A program made the position numbers and the translations under genes. DNA of 64,000 nucleotides, taken from contig JAURCL010000006.1 of NCBI GenBank assembly GCA_030828465.1, positions 6,355-70,354 on the forward strand, given 5' to 3'. Each line of letters opens with the position of its first letter. Position 1 is the first letter of the stretch. The notes under the pieces are model-generated. The model had not been told where the DNA came from and did not search any database. It saw only the letters and a list, made by a program, of their open reading frames with translations. The stretch is from Acidimicrobiales bacterium (lineage in GTDB: Bacteria; Actinomycetota; Acidimicrobiia; Acidimicrobiales; Ilumatobacteraceae). This document shows positions 25,603 to 35,150 of this stretch, piece by piece.

Positions 25603-27204
25603 CTAGCCGTCGGAGAGGCGTCTCGCCTCGGACCGACGCTCACTCTCGAGGCGCTCCAACTCGGGTGCCTCGGTCGTCATATGCGACATGGCGCCGGCTA
25701 TCGCGCGGTGTCCAGCCTGCTCGGCGATCAACCGGTGCATCTCAAGCACGACGCGCCGATACGACGGGTGACCTTGAGGCGAGGAGCGCAACTCGAGCAT
25801 GTGCATCGCCTCCCGGGCGTTGAACTGCATCGAGTACCGGATCCGATACGCCATCGAGACCGCATAGGCCGCCTGCTGCGGGAACTCCCCCCGAATCAGA
25901 TCGAATAGCTCCGCCGAACGGGCCATATTCGAGTCGAACAGATCGACCAAACCCGCTTCCTCGACGAGTTCAGGACGCAGGAATCCGTGGTTCGGAGTCA
26001 GGTTCTGCCACTCGACCGTGAGCATCCGATGACGCTGGAGATCACGGAACGCGCCGTAGTCGCTCAACACATCGAAGCGGTACCCGGTGCTCTCGAACGC
26101 GCGACCGGGCCGGTGCCGTCGATTGACCCGATCACCAACCTCGGCGGAAATCAGCGCGATGCGATCGTCAGTAGACATTGCGGCGACGCGACGACGCAAC
26201 TCCCCGTCCGGCAGATCCGAGTGCGGGTAACAGATCGCCGCAACGAGACGCTCCTCTCCGTCAGCCTCGAACTCGCTCAGCGTCACCTCCTCCGATGACG
26301 GAACCGGGGTACCCCCGAGTAACGCTTCGACGAGCTGCTCGGTCTGCTCTCGGCGAGAGGAGAGATACTCCACCCAACGCCCCCCTCGCTCGGGAAGATC
26401 GACGCGACGAAGAAAACTCGGAATCACCTTGCGCAGTTCAACCAGCATCTCATCGGCGTAGGAGCGCGCCTCGGGAAGCGGATGAGCGCGCATCCGAAGC
26501 AGGAGGGCCTCGAATGCCTGCCCGCTTCCGTAGATGCCCACGTTCGAGGTGGCTCCGGCCGGGAGCATCCCACGGACCGCATCGAGGGCTTTGGCTCGAG
26601 TTGCCTGGCGGTACACGAGGTCGCTGTCCTCGGGCCCCTGGGGAACCACTCGGCGGACGTGTTCGGTCATCCGCTCCACTGCGGTGGAGTAAGCGTCGAA
26701 CATCCGATCCATCTCGCCGATGTACCTCGTCCCGTGCCGACTGGCGAGCAAGGCCGGGTCTCGGTGGTAGCGGTATCGGCCGCCGAAACGGGAGTCATAC
26801 GAGATGTACCTCGTGCTCTGCTCGAGGTAACTCATCAGGCGTCCGCGCTCAAGGATCTTGGTCAACATGTTCGATGCCTGCTCGCAGGCCAGGTGAACTC
26901 CCCCGAGCTGCGCGACCGAATCATCGCCGTACTCGAGGAAGACGCGCTCGTAGAGTTCCTCCGCCCGGGAGAGACCCATGGTCGCGTCAACGGTTTCATC
27001 TCCGCCGATGTCGAGATCTCCAACGAACTCATCGAGGAAGAGGCGCCGCAGGCTCTTCGGGCTCCGGCTGTACCTTGCGAAGAGCGCGCCCTTCACGACC
27101 TCGGGCAGGTTCACTAAGGCGAAAACCGGACGGTCGAGGTTGGTGAAGTACCTGCGGAGGATGTCCGACTCCCCGGGGGTGAAGTCCTCCGCCACGTAGG
27201 TCAC
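25603..27204 (-). CDS. thyX: FAD-dependent thymidylate synthase, long (tandem ThyX-fold) form
   Basis: First half has ARYSRS...LEQSTRYISY. Second half has FRDLQRHRMLT and ...YSMQFNAREAMHMLELR. The GTG start at 27204 follows GAGG; the upstream R/G-rich extension of the ORF was rejected. Confidence 0.8.
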   Translation of the reverse strand: MTYVAEDFTPGESDILRRYFTNLDRPVFALVNLPEVVKGALFARYSRSPKSLRRLFLDEFVGDLDIGGDETVDATMGLSRAEELYERVFLEYGDDSVAQLGGVHLACEQASNMLTKILERGRLMSYLEQSTRYISYDSRFGGRYRYHRDPALLASRHGTRYIGEMDRMFDAYSTAVERMTEHVRRVVPQGPEDSDLVYRQATRAKALDAVRGMLPAGATSNVGIYGSGQAFEALLLRMRAHPLPEARSYADEMLVELRKVIPSFLRRVDLPERGGRWVEYLSSRREQTEQLVEALLGGTPVPSSEEVTLSEFEADGEERLVAAICYPHSDLPDGELRRRVAAMSTDDRIALISAEVGDRVNRRHRPGRAFESTGYRFDVLSDYGAFRDLQRHRMLTVEWQNLTPNHGFLRPELVEEAGLVDLFDSNMARSAELFDLIRGEFPQQAAYAVSMAYRIRYSMQFNAREAMHMLELRSSPQGHPSYRRVVLEMHRLIAEQAGHRAIAGAMSHMTTEAPELERLESERRSEARRLSDG

Positions 27205-27251
27205 GACCTCAGATCGTACGAGGACCGTCGGGGGTGAGCGTGGATGTCGCC

Positions 27252-27836
27252 TCAGACCGCGTGCTCGTAGGCCGCCGGCACCACCGCCACATCGAGATGA
27301 CGGGTGATTCCCACCGGCGCTCCGTCCACGAGCACCAGAAGTGGCTCGTCGAAGGATCGACGCAGGTCCCTCGCTCTCGTCGTGGCGATCTCGGGGTGCG
27401 GAAGGTGGGAGCCCGTCCGCGCGCGTCGTCTCGCCATCCACCGCTGCCTCAGTCCCATGGACCCCGACACCTCGATGACGTCGAGCAGTCCGTCACCCGG
27501 ATGTGCACGCGGAGCAGGTTCGAGCCGGCCGAGATGTCCGCTCACCATGACCAGGACGATCGGCCCACGCCACCACCCACTCCGTCCCGGTCGGCGAGCC
27601 ACCACGTGCGCCGCCGATCGATACTTCTGACCGTCGACCCGACACTCGATGAGATCGATCGTCACCGCGCTCGTAGCGCGATCAGGATGTGGCGCGCCAA
27701 GGGCTCGATGGACATCCCCGGAGAGCGAGGCAAGCACCACACCGCGACCAGCCGCGGCGGCAAGCGCGGCGTCATCCTTGCACCGCTCTACCTGCTCGCC
27801 AGGATCAAGCGCCCGACTCCAATCAGCGAGGCTCAT
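27252..27836 (-). CDS. short, degenerate diacylglycerol/lipid-kinase-like protein
   Basis: The C-terminal part resembles the DAGK accessory domain (APRAHPGDGLLDVIEV...LLVLVDGAP). The region where GGDGT would sit reads SLSGDVH. The ATG overlaps the helY stop (ATGA). Confidence 0.45.
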   Translation of the reverse strand: MSLADWSRALDPGEQVERCKDDAALAAAAGRGVVLASLSGDVHRALGAPHPDRATSAVTIDLIECRVDGQKYRSAAHVVARRPGRSGWWRGPIVLVMVSGHLGRLEPAPRAHPGDGLLDVIEVSGSMGLRQRWMARRRARTGSHLPHPEIATTRARDLRRSFDEPLLVLVDGAPVGITRHLDVAVVPAAYEHAV

Positions 27837-30406
27837 GACGCCTCTACGATCGCCGCTGAGTCAGAGATCACCCCGCGGAGGCACGCCTCCACCGCGGCAG
27901 AGGCGACTTGCGCCGTCTCAAGGTTCGTCGCCACATCGGCGATCTGCTGGGTGAGATCGATCACCTGCCGAATGTTCCTGACGAAGTCACCGCCGGTGAG
28001 GAGATCGTCCTCAAGCACCTCAGAGAGGTCCATGCCCGACGCCCAGTCGGCGGCCGCGGCCATGAAGCCAGGGTCAGGAGATCGATGACGGGCGCGCTCG
28101 TGTCCCTCCTCAAGCTTCGCGAGCTCCTCACTCAACGCTTCGACCTGCCGCCAACGCTCTCGAACGGTCCCGTCCGGAAAAGATGGCGGAGGAGGATCGT
28201 CGGGGCTGCGGTGTTCGTACACGAAGCAGGACACAATCGCGGCAAGTTGGGCGGGCTCGAGGCCGTCGAAGATGGCGCGACGAAGCGCTTCGGTCACCAG
28301 CAAATCGTTCTCATGGAAGATCGACGCGAGGAGTTCCCCGGCTTCGGTAAGTTCCCAGGCCTCGGCGCGGATGTGTCCGAGCTCGCGAAGCACCGAGGTA
28401 ACCGAGTCGAACTCCCGTCCGAGAGAACTCCTGCGGTCGTTCACGCGCTCCTCGAGGCGTCGCAGCTCCGCTCTCAGCCGATCGGCGTCAGCCGCGGCCC
28501 GAAGGCGATCACGTAGCTCCGGATCGTCCTCGACCGGATGACGGCCCGATTGGCGCCGCGGGGCCCGAGTCGACGGAAGATCGGCCCGGCGAAGTCGCCG
28601 AGCGATCTCGCGCCGGACATCTTTGCGATTCGGACTCTGATGATCGGGAACCGCGATGCGCCCAACAACCCCAGTTACCTGCGAGAGGTCGGCGGCGCTC
28701 AGGGTGAGCGGACGACCCGCCGGTGTCACCGCGGAGACGCGAAGGCCATCGGACCGATGCGCGGTGGCCACGACGGCCACCTGGCCTCGATACCCCTGCA
28801 CCCGGATGTCGATCACGTCCCCGGGGCGAAGTGACGGTGTGTCACGCCGCTCCCGGGAGTTGAGCGACCGGTAGTCATCGATGTCGCCGTAGGCCGAAGC
28901 AGCGCGCCCCTCAAGCGCGATGAGCTGTTCCCGACGACGACTGAGGCGGCCCTGGGACCGCACTACTTCCCTGTCCCCTTGGAACTGCGCGAAGGACATC
29001 ATGAGGAGCTCCCTCGCGCGCTCCCTCGAATGCCTCCGTACCAAGTTTGCAGTCATGTTGTACGTGGGTCGGAACACCGATCGCAGGCCGAAGGTTCGGC
29101 TGGAGGCCAGATCCGCCACCTGCTGATACCGGACCCACGGACTCCAGAGCACGACGGCGTTGCCGATCGTGTCGATACCGCGGCGTCCCGCGCGCCCGGT
29201 GAGCTGTGTGAACTCCGCGGGACTCAGCGATACATGGTGATCACCGTTGTACTTCGTCGTCTTCTCGATCACGACGGTCCGTGCGGGCATGTTGACCCCG
29301 ACCGCGAGCGTCTCGGTGGCGAACACCGCGCGGATGAGGCCGCGGGTGAAACACACCTCAACTGCCTCTTTGAACGGAGGAACCATTCCGGCGTGATGGG
29401 GCGCGAAACCCGCCATCATCTGGGCGCGCAGGTTCTCGATGCCAAGCGCATCGAGGTCGGCATCGTCGAGCGAGCCGATCCGTTCCTCCAGGATGCGGTC
29501 GATCTCCGCTGCCTCGTCCGGGTCGGTGAGCACCAAACCTGCGTCGAGGCAGGATTGGGCGGCCGCCTCGCATTGCGCCCTCGAGAAGATGAAGACGATG
29601 CACGGCAGCATGTCGAGCTGTCCGAGATGGGTGACGGTCTCTACTCGGTCCGGTGTTGCCAGACGTCGCCCTGATGCTCCAGTTGGCCGCCCGCGACGAT
29701 TGCGCATCGGCCCTCGCTGCCGGGACTCGTCGAGGCGGAGGGCATCTCGGTTCACCGATCCGTCGACGAACGTCGGCATCAACTGCAGACGATCGTTCGT
29801 GCGATCGGCGACGAGGTAGTGATCGAGGAGTTCCACCGGACGTCGCCCCTCAGTCACCGTGCGCGTGAGCCCCCGAACGGTCGACATCCACTCGGCGAGC
29901 TCGTCGGCATTCGAGACGGTCGCCGACAGACAGACCAGTTGCACCTCGGGTGGGAGGTGGATGATGACCTCTTCCCATACGGGCCCCCGATAGGCGTCCT
30001 GGAGGAAGTGCACCTCATCGAGAACCACGAGAGCGAGATCATCGAGAGCCTCGGACCCCGCGTAGATCATGTTCCTCAGCACCTCGGTGGTCATCACCAC
30101 CACCGGCGCGTCGGGACGCACCGAGTTGTCGCCGGTAAGCAGCCCGACGCGCTCTACACCGTGGTCAGCAATGAGATCTCGGAACTTTTGGTTGGAGAGC
30201 GCTTTCAGCGGGGCGGTGTAGAACGCCCGCCGACCCTCGGCGAGCGCGGCCGCGATCCCGTATTCCGCGACGGCGGTTTTCCCGCTCCCGGTAGGAGCCG
30301 ACACCACGACGTGGTAGCCCTCATCAAGCGCGTCGAATGCTGCGAGCTGGAACCGGTCCGGCTCGAAGGAGAAGCGCGCTGTGAGCTCTGAGCGGTCCGA
30401 CCTCAA
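27833..30406 (-). CDS. helY: Ski2-like DEAD/DEAH-box RNA helicase HelY
   Basis: SAPTGSGKT, DEVHF and SAT motifs, HHAGMVP, and a large C-terminal DSHCT-like region; 857 aa. The TTG start overlaps the tatC stop. Confidence 0.9.
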   Translation of the reverse strand: MRSDRSELTARFSFEPDRFQLAAFDALDEGYHVVVSAPTGSGKTAVAEYGIAAALAEGRRAFYTAPLKALSNQKFRDLIADHGVERVGLLTGDNSVRPDAPVVVMTTEVLRNMIYAGSEALDDLALVVLDEVHFLQDAYRGPVWEEVIIHLPPEVQLVCLSATVSNADELAEWMSTVRGLTRTVTEGRRPVELLDHYLVADRTNDRLQLMPTFVDGSVNRDALRLDESRQRGPMRNRRGRPTGASGRRLATPDRVETVTHLGQLDMLPCIVFIFSRAQCEAAAQSCLDAGLVLTDPDEAAEIDRILEERIGSLDDADLDALGIENLRAQMMAGFAPHHAGMVPPFKEAVEVCFTRGLIRAVFATETLAVGVNMPARTVVIEKTTKYNGDHHVSLSPAEFTQLTGRAGRRGIDTIGNAVVLWSPWVRYQQVADLASSRTFGLRSVFRPTYNMTANLVRRHSRERARELLMMSFAQFQGDREVVRSQGRLSRRREQLIALEGRAASAYGDIDDYRSLNSRERRDTPSLRPGDVIDIRVQGYRGQVAVVATAHRSDGLRVSAVTPAGRPLTLSAADLSQVTGVVGRIAVPDHQSPNRKDVRREIARRLRRADLPSTRAPRRQSGRHPVEDDPELRDRLRAAADADRLRAELRRLEERVNDRRSSLGREFDSVTSVLRELGHIRAEAWELTEAGELLASIFHENDLLVTEALRRAIFDGLEPAQLAAIVSCFVYEHRSPDDPPPPSFPDGTVRERWRQVEALSEELAKLEEGHERARHRSPDPGFMAAAADWASGMDLSEVLEDDLLTGGDFVRNIRQVIDLTQQIADVATNLETAQVASAAVEACLRGVISDSAAIVEAS

Positions 30407-31203
30407 CGGTCGCGACCGCGGGTGAGGAGATGGCCAATGCCGATCGCCACGAAGTAGAGCACCACCATCGGGATCGACAAGCTGAACAACGAGATCGGGT
30501 CACCCGACGGTGTGATCACCGCGGCGAGCGCCACAGTGCCGACCACGGCGTAGCGCCAGGCCCGAAGGAGCGTTCGCGGCTCGACAACGCCGAGCAGCTG
30601 CAAGAACACCAGGAGCACCGGGATCGTGAAGCCAACCCCGAATGCGACCACCATGAGGGTGACGAGGCGGATGTAGCTGCTCACCTGGAAGGCTTGGTCG
30701 ACCCCCTCCCCCGCCCACGAGATCAGGAACTCGAGCGCCCGTCCGAGCGTCCTGAACGCGATGAGTCCCCCGCCAACGAAGAGGACCACGGTGCTCGCGA
30801 CGAATCCGAACGCGTAGCGACGCTCTTGCTTGTGGAGAGCCGGCACGATGAATTTCCAGAGTTGCCAGAGCAGAACGGGCAGAGCGAGCACGATTCCGCC
30901 GTAGGTCGCGATGCGTAAGCGGGTCGAGAATCCCTCGATCGGGTCGAGGGTGAACAGGGCGACCTCGTCTCGTGTCGCGTCGTACGACAGACCGCAGAAA
31001 CCCGAGGACGAGCGGCGGCACAGGTCGAGGTAGGGGCGAGTCAGCGTCGCGAGCACCTGGTCGTAGAACGACACCACCAGCAGCGCGCCGAGCAGGATCG
31101 CCAGGGCACTACGGATGATCCGCATTCGCAGTTCACCGAGGTGCTCGGTGAGCGTCATGGTGGCCCCTGAAGCGACCGGTGTGCGGCGGCGACGCAACCT
31201 CAC
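30403..31203 (-). CDS. tatC: twin-arginine translocase subunit TatC
   Basis: MTLTEHLGELRMRIIRS and six predicted TM segments. The GTG at 31203 overlaps the tatA stop (GTGA). An alternative ATG is at 31158. Confidence 0.9.
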   Translation of the reverse strand: MRLRRRRTPVASGATMTLTEHLGELRMRIIRSALAILLGALLVVSFYDQVLATLTRPYLDLCRRSSSGFCGLSYDATRDEVALFTLDPIEGFSTRLRIATYGGIVLALPVLLWQLWKFIVPALHKQERRYAFGFVASTVVLFVGGGLIAFRTLGRALEFLISWAGEGVDQAFQVSSYIRLVTLMVVAFGVGFTIPVLLVFLQLLGVVEPRTLLRAWRYAVVGTVALAAVITPSGDPISLFSLSIPMVVLYFVAIGIGHLLTRGRDR

Positions 31204-31559
31204 GGTCGCTCCGCGTCGTCCGATGGCGTCTCCGATTCGCTCGCGAGGTTCTCGGTCTGCTCGGAGGGCGCCGGGCTCGGCGTGGTGTTACCGCGCTCCG
31301 CCTTCTCGTCGGGAGCGTCCACCATCGATCGGGCCGCCTCGCGAAGCGTGTTCGCGCTGCCGCTCGTCGCTTTCCGCAGATCGCGCATAGGTTCGTCGAG
31401 CGCTTGTTTGAACTCGCGCTGGAAGGTGTCACGCACCGACCGGAGCTGGCGGTACAACCTCCCAACATGCCGCATGGCCTCCGGAAGTTTCTCGGGCCCG
31501 AGGACCACGAGCGCCAGCAGGGCGATGATGATCAGCTCGCCGCCCTGCAGGTTGAACAC
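31200..31559 (-). CDS. tatA: twin-arginine translocase TatA/TatB-family protein
   Basis: GGELIIIALLALVVLGPEKLPE TM plus hinge, then an amphipathic helix and an acidic tail. GTG start. TAGACT lies 7 nt upstream, so the transcript is possibly leaderless. Confidence 0.8.
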   Translation of the reverse strand: MFNLQGGELIIIALLALVVLGPEKLPEAMRHVGRLYRQLRSVRDTFQREFKQALDEPMRDLRKATSGSANTLREAARSMVDAPDEKAERGNTTPSPAPSEQTENLASESETPSDDAERP

Positions 31560-31589
31560 GTCAGCGAGTCTAAAGGGCTGGCAGGATCA

Positions 31590-32318
31590 GTGGCCGTGCA
31601 GCAGCGACTCCCCTCCCTGCTGGATCCCCCGATCCTGTTCGCGCACCGCGGCGCGCGCGCCCACGCCCCGGAGAACACCCTCGACGCGTTTTCGCTCGCC
31701 CTCCGACTCGGGGCTGGGGGAATTGAGAGCGACGTCTGGGTGAGTCGCGACGGGGTCGCTGTTCTCGATCATGACGGCGTCGTGCGACGCGGCCTCCGAC
31801 GTTGGCGGATCAGCGACTTCGATCGAGTCGATCTGCCCACGCACATTCCAACCCTCGGCGATCTGCTCGACCTCGTCGATGAGGCACTCCCGCTCTCGCT
31901 CGATCTGAAGGACCAGGCCGCCCTCCCCGCCGTGATCGCCACCATGCGGGACCGAAACCCTGAACGACTGTGGCTTTGCCACCCCTCAGGGGACACGGTC
32001 GAGAAGATGCGCGCCCTTGGTTCAGGTGTGCGCGTCGTTCACTCGACCCGCGTCGACCGGATGACAGGTGGGCCCGAGCGGTGGATGGCGACGCTCGCGG
32101 GGTGGGGCATCGACGCGGTGAATCTCCGACACGACGACTGGAGTGGTGGTCTGGTGACCCTCGCCCACCGTTTCGGCCTGCTCGCCTTCGGGTGGGACCT
32201 CCAGCATGCGCACATCCTCGAGAGCGGGCTGAGGATGGGGCTCGACGCGGTCTACAGCGACCACGTCGATCTCATGGTCGAGGTTGCGGCGCGCGAGGTG
32301 GGTGGGACCGGCGGATAG
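31590..32318 (+). CDS. glycerophosphodiester phosphodiesterase (GDPD) family
   Basis: ILFAHRGARAHAPENTLDAF, GIESDVWVSRDGVAVLDHD. The N-terminal 137 aa of the long ORF overlap tatA and were rejected. The GTG start at 31590 (or 31596) is chosen. Confidence 0.8.
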   Translation: MAVQQRLPSLLDPPILFAHRGARAHAPENTLDAFSLALRLGAGGIESDVWVSRDGVAVLDHDGVVRRGLRRWRISDFDRVDLPTHIPTLGDLLDLVDEALPLSLDLKDQAALPAVIATMRDRNPERLWLCHPSGDTVEKMRALGSGVRVVHSTRVDRMTGGPERWMATLAGWGIDAVNLRHDDWSGGLVTLAHRFGLLAFGWDLQHAHILESGLRMGLDAVYSDHVDLMVEVAAREVGGTGG

Positions 32319-32333
32319 CGCCCGGCGCCGGAC

Positions 32334-32918
32334 TTAGAGCCACTGCCAGTCAGCGCGCGGCCAAAAGACCACGAATGCCCGACCCACGATGTCCTCTTCG
32401 AGGATCGGACCGAGGGCTCGGGAGTCCTGACTTCCCGCTCGATTGTCTCCAAGCACAAAGACCGTGCCCTCGGGAACAACAACTGGGCCGAAATCGCCCC
32501 CACAGTTGCCCGGCGACACGACGGTCGGGTCGAGGTACGGCTCGACGAGGAGGCGACCGTCGACTCGGATCTCACAGGCTCGGCTCTCAACCTCCTCGCC
32601 CGGAAGGGCGATCACGCGCTTGATGAGGTCACGCTCCGCCGTGCCGGTGATCTCATGCAGAACCACCACATCGCCCCGGTTTGGATCGTGGAGTCGATAC
32701 GACATCTTGTTGACGAAGACCCGGTCACCCGTGGTCAGCGTCGAGTACATCGACGATCCCTCGACAACGAAGTGCGCGAGGAAAAACGTTCGCACGACGA
32801 TCGCGACGAACAACGCGACGGCAACGACGAGCGCCCATTCCCCGAAGGCCCTCGCTCCGCGTCCGAGTTGCCCACGCGCGACGGCGACCTCGGGCTCGAG
32901 ATCGGATTCCGTGCTCAC
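32334..32918 (-). CDS. lepB: signal peptidase I
   Basis: TM anchor, GSSMYSTL (catalytic Ser), DRVFVNK, KRVIALPGE (Lys) and GDNRAGSQDSR boxes. Confidence 0.9.
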   Translation of the reverse strand: MSTESDLEPEVAVARGQLGRGARAFGEWALVVAVALFVAIVVRTFFLAHFVVEGSSMYSTLTTGDRVFVNKMSYRLHDPNRGDVVVLHEITGTAERDLIKRVIALPGEEVESRACEIRVDGRLLVEPYLDPTVVSPGNCGGDFGPVVVPEGTVFVLGDNRAGSQDSRALGPILEEDIVGRAFVVFWPRADWQWL

Positions 32919-32945
32919 CGGGTCAAACCGTACCGGTGGGCGGCT

Positions 32946-34316
32946 TCACAGTTGCTCCATGAGGCGATCGACGCGCTCGTCGGTAGCGGCGAACGGGTCT
33001 TTGCAGAGCACCGTGCGCTGCGCCTGATCGTTGACCTTCAGGTGGACCCAGTCGACGGTGTAATCGCGACGCCTCTCCTTGGCCCGTTTGATGAATTCTC
33101 CACGTAGACGCGCCCGGGTCGTCTGCGGAGGCGTCTCGATCGCCTGCTCGATCGCCTCCTCGTCACAGATCCGAGCCACCATTCCTCGGTCCTGGAGGCG
33201 GTGAAACGGGCTCCGCGAGCGGGTGATGTCGTGATACTGGAGGTCGAGCGCCTGAACCCTCGGATCCCCAAGTCCGAGACCGTGGCGCTCTCGGAAGGAC
33301 TCCAGCAGGTTCAACTTGATGACCCAGTCGATCTCGGTGTCCAATTTCATCGGATCGGATTCGAGCATCGTGACCGTGTGCTCCCACATCTCGAGAGCGC
33401 GCTGCTCCTCGGGGGGGAACCCCTCGATCGTGGCGAAGCGGAGGGCTCGGTCGAGGTACTCGCGCTGGATGTCGAGCGCGCTGACCTCCCGACCGTTGGC
33501 CAGCCGTACGGTTCGGCGGCAGGTCAGATCATGGCTGATGTCGCGGATCGCGCGGATTGGGTTCTCGAGAGTCATGTCACGCAGCACGACCGAGCGCGAC
33601 TCGAGCATCCGCAACATGCATGCTGCGGCGCCCACCTTGAGATAGGTCGTGTACTCGCTCATGTTCGAGTCACCGACGATCACGTGTAGGCGGCGGTACC
33701 GATCGGCATCGGCGTGCGGTTCATCGCGGGTGTTGATGATCGGCCGACTCCGCGTGGTGGCCGAGCTCACGCCCTCCCAGATGTGATCGGCGCGCTGAGA
33801 CATCGCGTAGCGCACGCCTCGGGAGGTCTGGAGCACCTTTCCCGCCCCGGCGTAGATCTGCCGACTAATGAAGAACGGGATGAGCACCTGGCTGTAGTGC
33901 TCCATGTCATCGACCCGCGAGGTGAGGTAGTTCTCGTGGCAGCCGTAGGAGTTCCCCGCGGAGTCGGTGTTGTTCTTGAAGAGGTAGACGGTTCCGCGGA
34001 TCGCCTCTTCCCCGAGACGTTCCTCGGCTGACTCCACGAGTGACTCGAGGATGCGCTCCCCTGCCCGATCATGGGTGACGAGATCGACGAGGGAGTCGCA
34101 CTCCGGGGTCGCGTATTCGGGGTGAGACCCGACATCGAGGTAGAGCCGAGAGCCGTTCTGAAGGAACACGTTCGAGGAGCGCCCCCACGACACCACTTTC
34201 CTGAACAGGTAGCGGGCCACCTCATCCGGGCTGAGGCGCCGAACACCCTTCAGGGTGCAGGTGACTCCGTACTCGGTCTCGAGCCCGTAAATGCGCCGCC
34301 CATCACCGCTCCCCAT
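32946..34316 (-). CDS. pafA: Pup--protein ligase PafA
   Basis: [13 protein letters not shown]...[49 protein letters not shown]...[17 protein letters not shown]. As remembered, this matches M. tuberculosis PafA nearly motif for motif. Confidence 0.95.
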   Translation of the reverse strand: MGSGDGRRIYGLETEYGVTCTLKGVRRLSPDEVARYLFRKVVSWGRSSNVFLQNGSRLYLDVGSHPEYATPECDSLVDLVTHDRAGERILESLVESAEERLGEEAIRGTVYLFKNNTDSAGNSYGCHENYLTSRVDDMEHYSQVLIPFFISRQIYAGAGKVLQTSRGVRYAMSQRADHIWEGVSSATTRSRPIINTRDEPHADADRYRRLHVIVGDSNMSEYTTYLKVGAAACMLRMLESRSVVLRDMTLENPIRAIRDISHDLTCRRTVRLANGREVSALDIQREYLDRALRFATIEGFPPEEQRALEMWEHTVTMLESDPMKLDTEIDWVIKLNLLESFRERHGLGLGDPRVQALDLQYHDITRSRSPFHRLQDRGMVARICDEEAIEQAIETPPQTTRARLRGEFIKRAKERRRDYTVDWVHLKVNDQAQRTVLCKDPFAATDERVDRLMEQL

Positions 34317-34343
34317 GACGGCATGGTAACGACGCCTACGGTG

Positions 34344-35150
34344 TCAGGTCGGGGCGAGCGCGAACCGCACCGTGCTGCCAACGGGCCGCTGCATCAGGGA
34401 CGCCAGATCGGCCCGGTCGACCACCGCGATCACCGGATACCCGCCCGTGGTCGGATGATCGCGACCCATCACGAGGGGCTCACCCGAGGCGGGAACCTGA
34501 ACCGCCCCGGGGATCAGCCCCTCGCTCTTCAGCTCGCGATCGACCGATCGCGCGATCGCGCCACCACCGAGCCTGACACCGACGCGGCCCGTCTCGGTCA
34601 CCCTCCACGAGACCTCGATGAGATGGTCCAGCGCATCGTCGACGATCCAGTCGAGCCGGGGTCCGGCGTGGACACGCAGGATCGAGGGGGACCCCCCATC
34701 GGGCACCGTGACATCGCTGAGCGCACCGGTCGCGTCGGCGCCACGAGCGAGTTCCCTGCCGTCGACGATCGTTTCGGGGCCGAGGCCCGACATGACGTCT
34801 GTACTCCTCGATCCAAGAACCGGGGGAGCCTCAATCCCTCCGCGAACCGCCAGATAGCCCCAAACCTGACCAGGCCTTGGGTCGACGGTGATCTCAGATC
34901 CGGCGCGCAGCGTGACCGGACCGATATCACCGTCACGGAGCACGGTCACCGGCGTCATGGCGCGCAACCGAAGTCCTCCGGCGGTCTCGACGACGGCGGC
35001 CTCAGCAGGGTTGCCGAGGGCGCGGTTCACACGCGCGACGGTGACGGGATCGACAGCGCCCGAGGCAGCCACGCCCAGATGCGCATAACCGGGGCGTCCG
35101 GCGTCCTGGATCGTGGTTCCCACCCCCCGGTTGATGACAAGGAGACTCAT
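34344..35150 (-). CDS. pxpC: 5-oxoprolinase subunit C (KipA/allophanate hydrolase subunit 2 family)
   Basis: VINRGVGTTIQDAGRPGYAHLGVAASGAVD, ...VQVPASGEPLVMGRDHPTTGGYP. Confidence 0.85.
   Translation of the reverse strand: MSLLVINRGVGTTIQDAGRPGYAHLGVAASGAVDPVTVARVNRALGNPAEAAVVETAGGLRLRAMTPVTVLRDGDIGPVTLRAGSEITVDPRPGQVWGYLAVRGGIEAPPVLGSRSTDVMSGLGPETIVDGRELARGADATGALSDVTVPDGGSPSILRVHAGPRLDWIVDDALDHLIEVSWRVTETGRVGVRLGGGAIARSVDRELKSEGLIPGAVQVPASGEPLVMGRDHPTTGGYPVIAVVDRADLASLMQRPVGSTVRFALAPT

Noticed and set aside
25106-25823. Ser/Leu-rich plus-strand ORFs (166 and 206 aa) antisense to DUF4193
   Set aside because: They are mirror images of the GAC/GAG-rich acidic coding repeat, so their low complexity is a by-product.
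26178-27146. 322-aa plus-strand ORF antisense to thyX
   Set aside because: The translation is Arg/Pro/Ser-rich, whereas the thyX frame has the RHR/QS.RY signatures.
31179-31589. N-terminal 137 aa of the 379-aa plus-strand ORF preceding the GDPD domain
   Set aside because: It overlaps tatA and the tatC start on the opposite strand and is Arg-rich. The GDPD homology begins only after the GTG at 31590.
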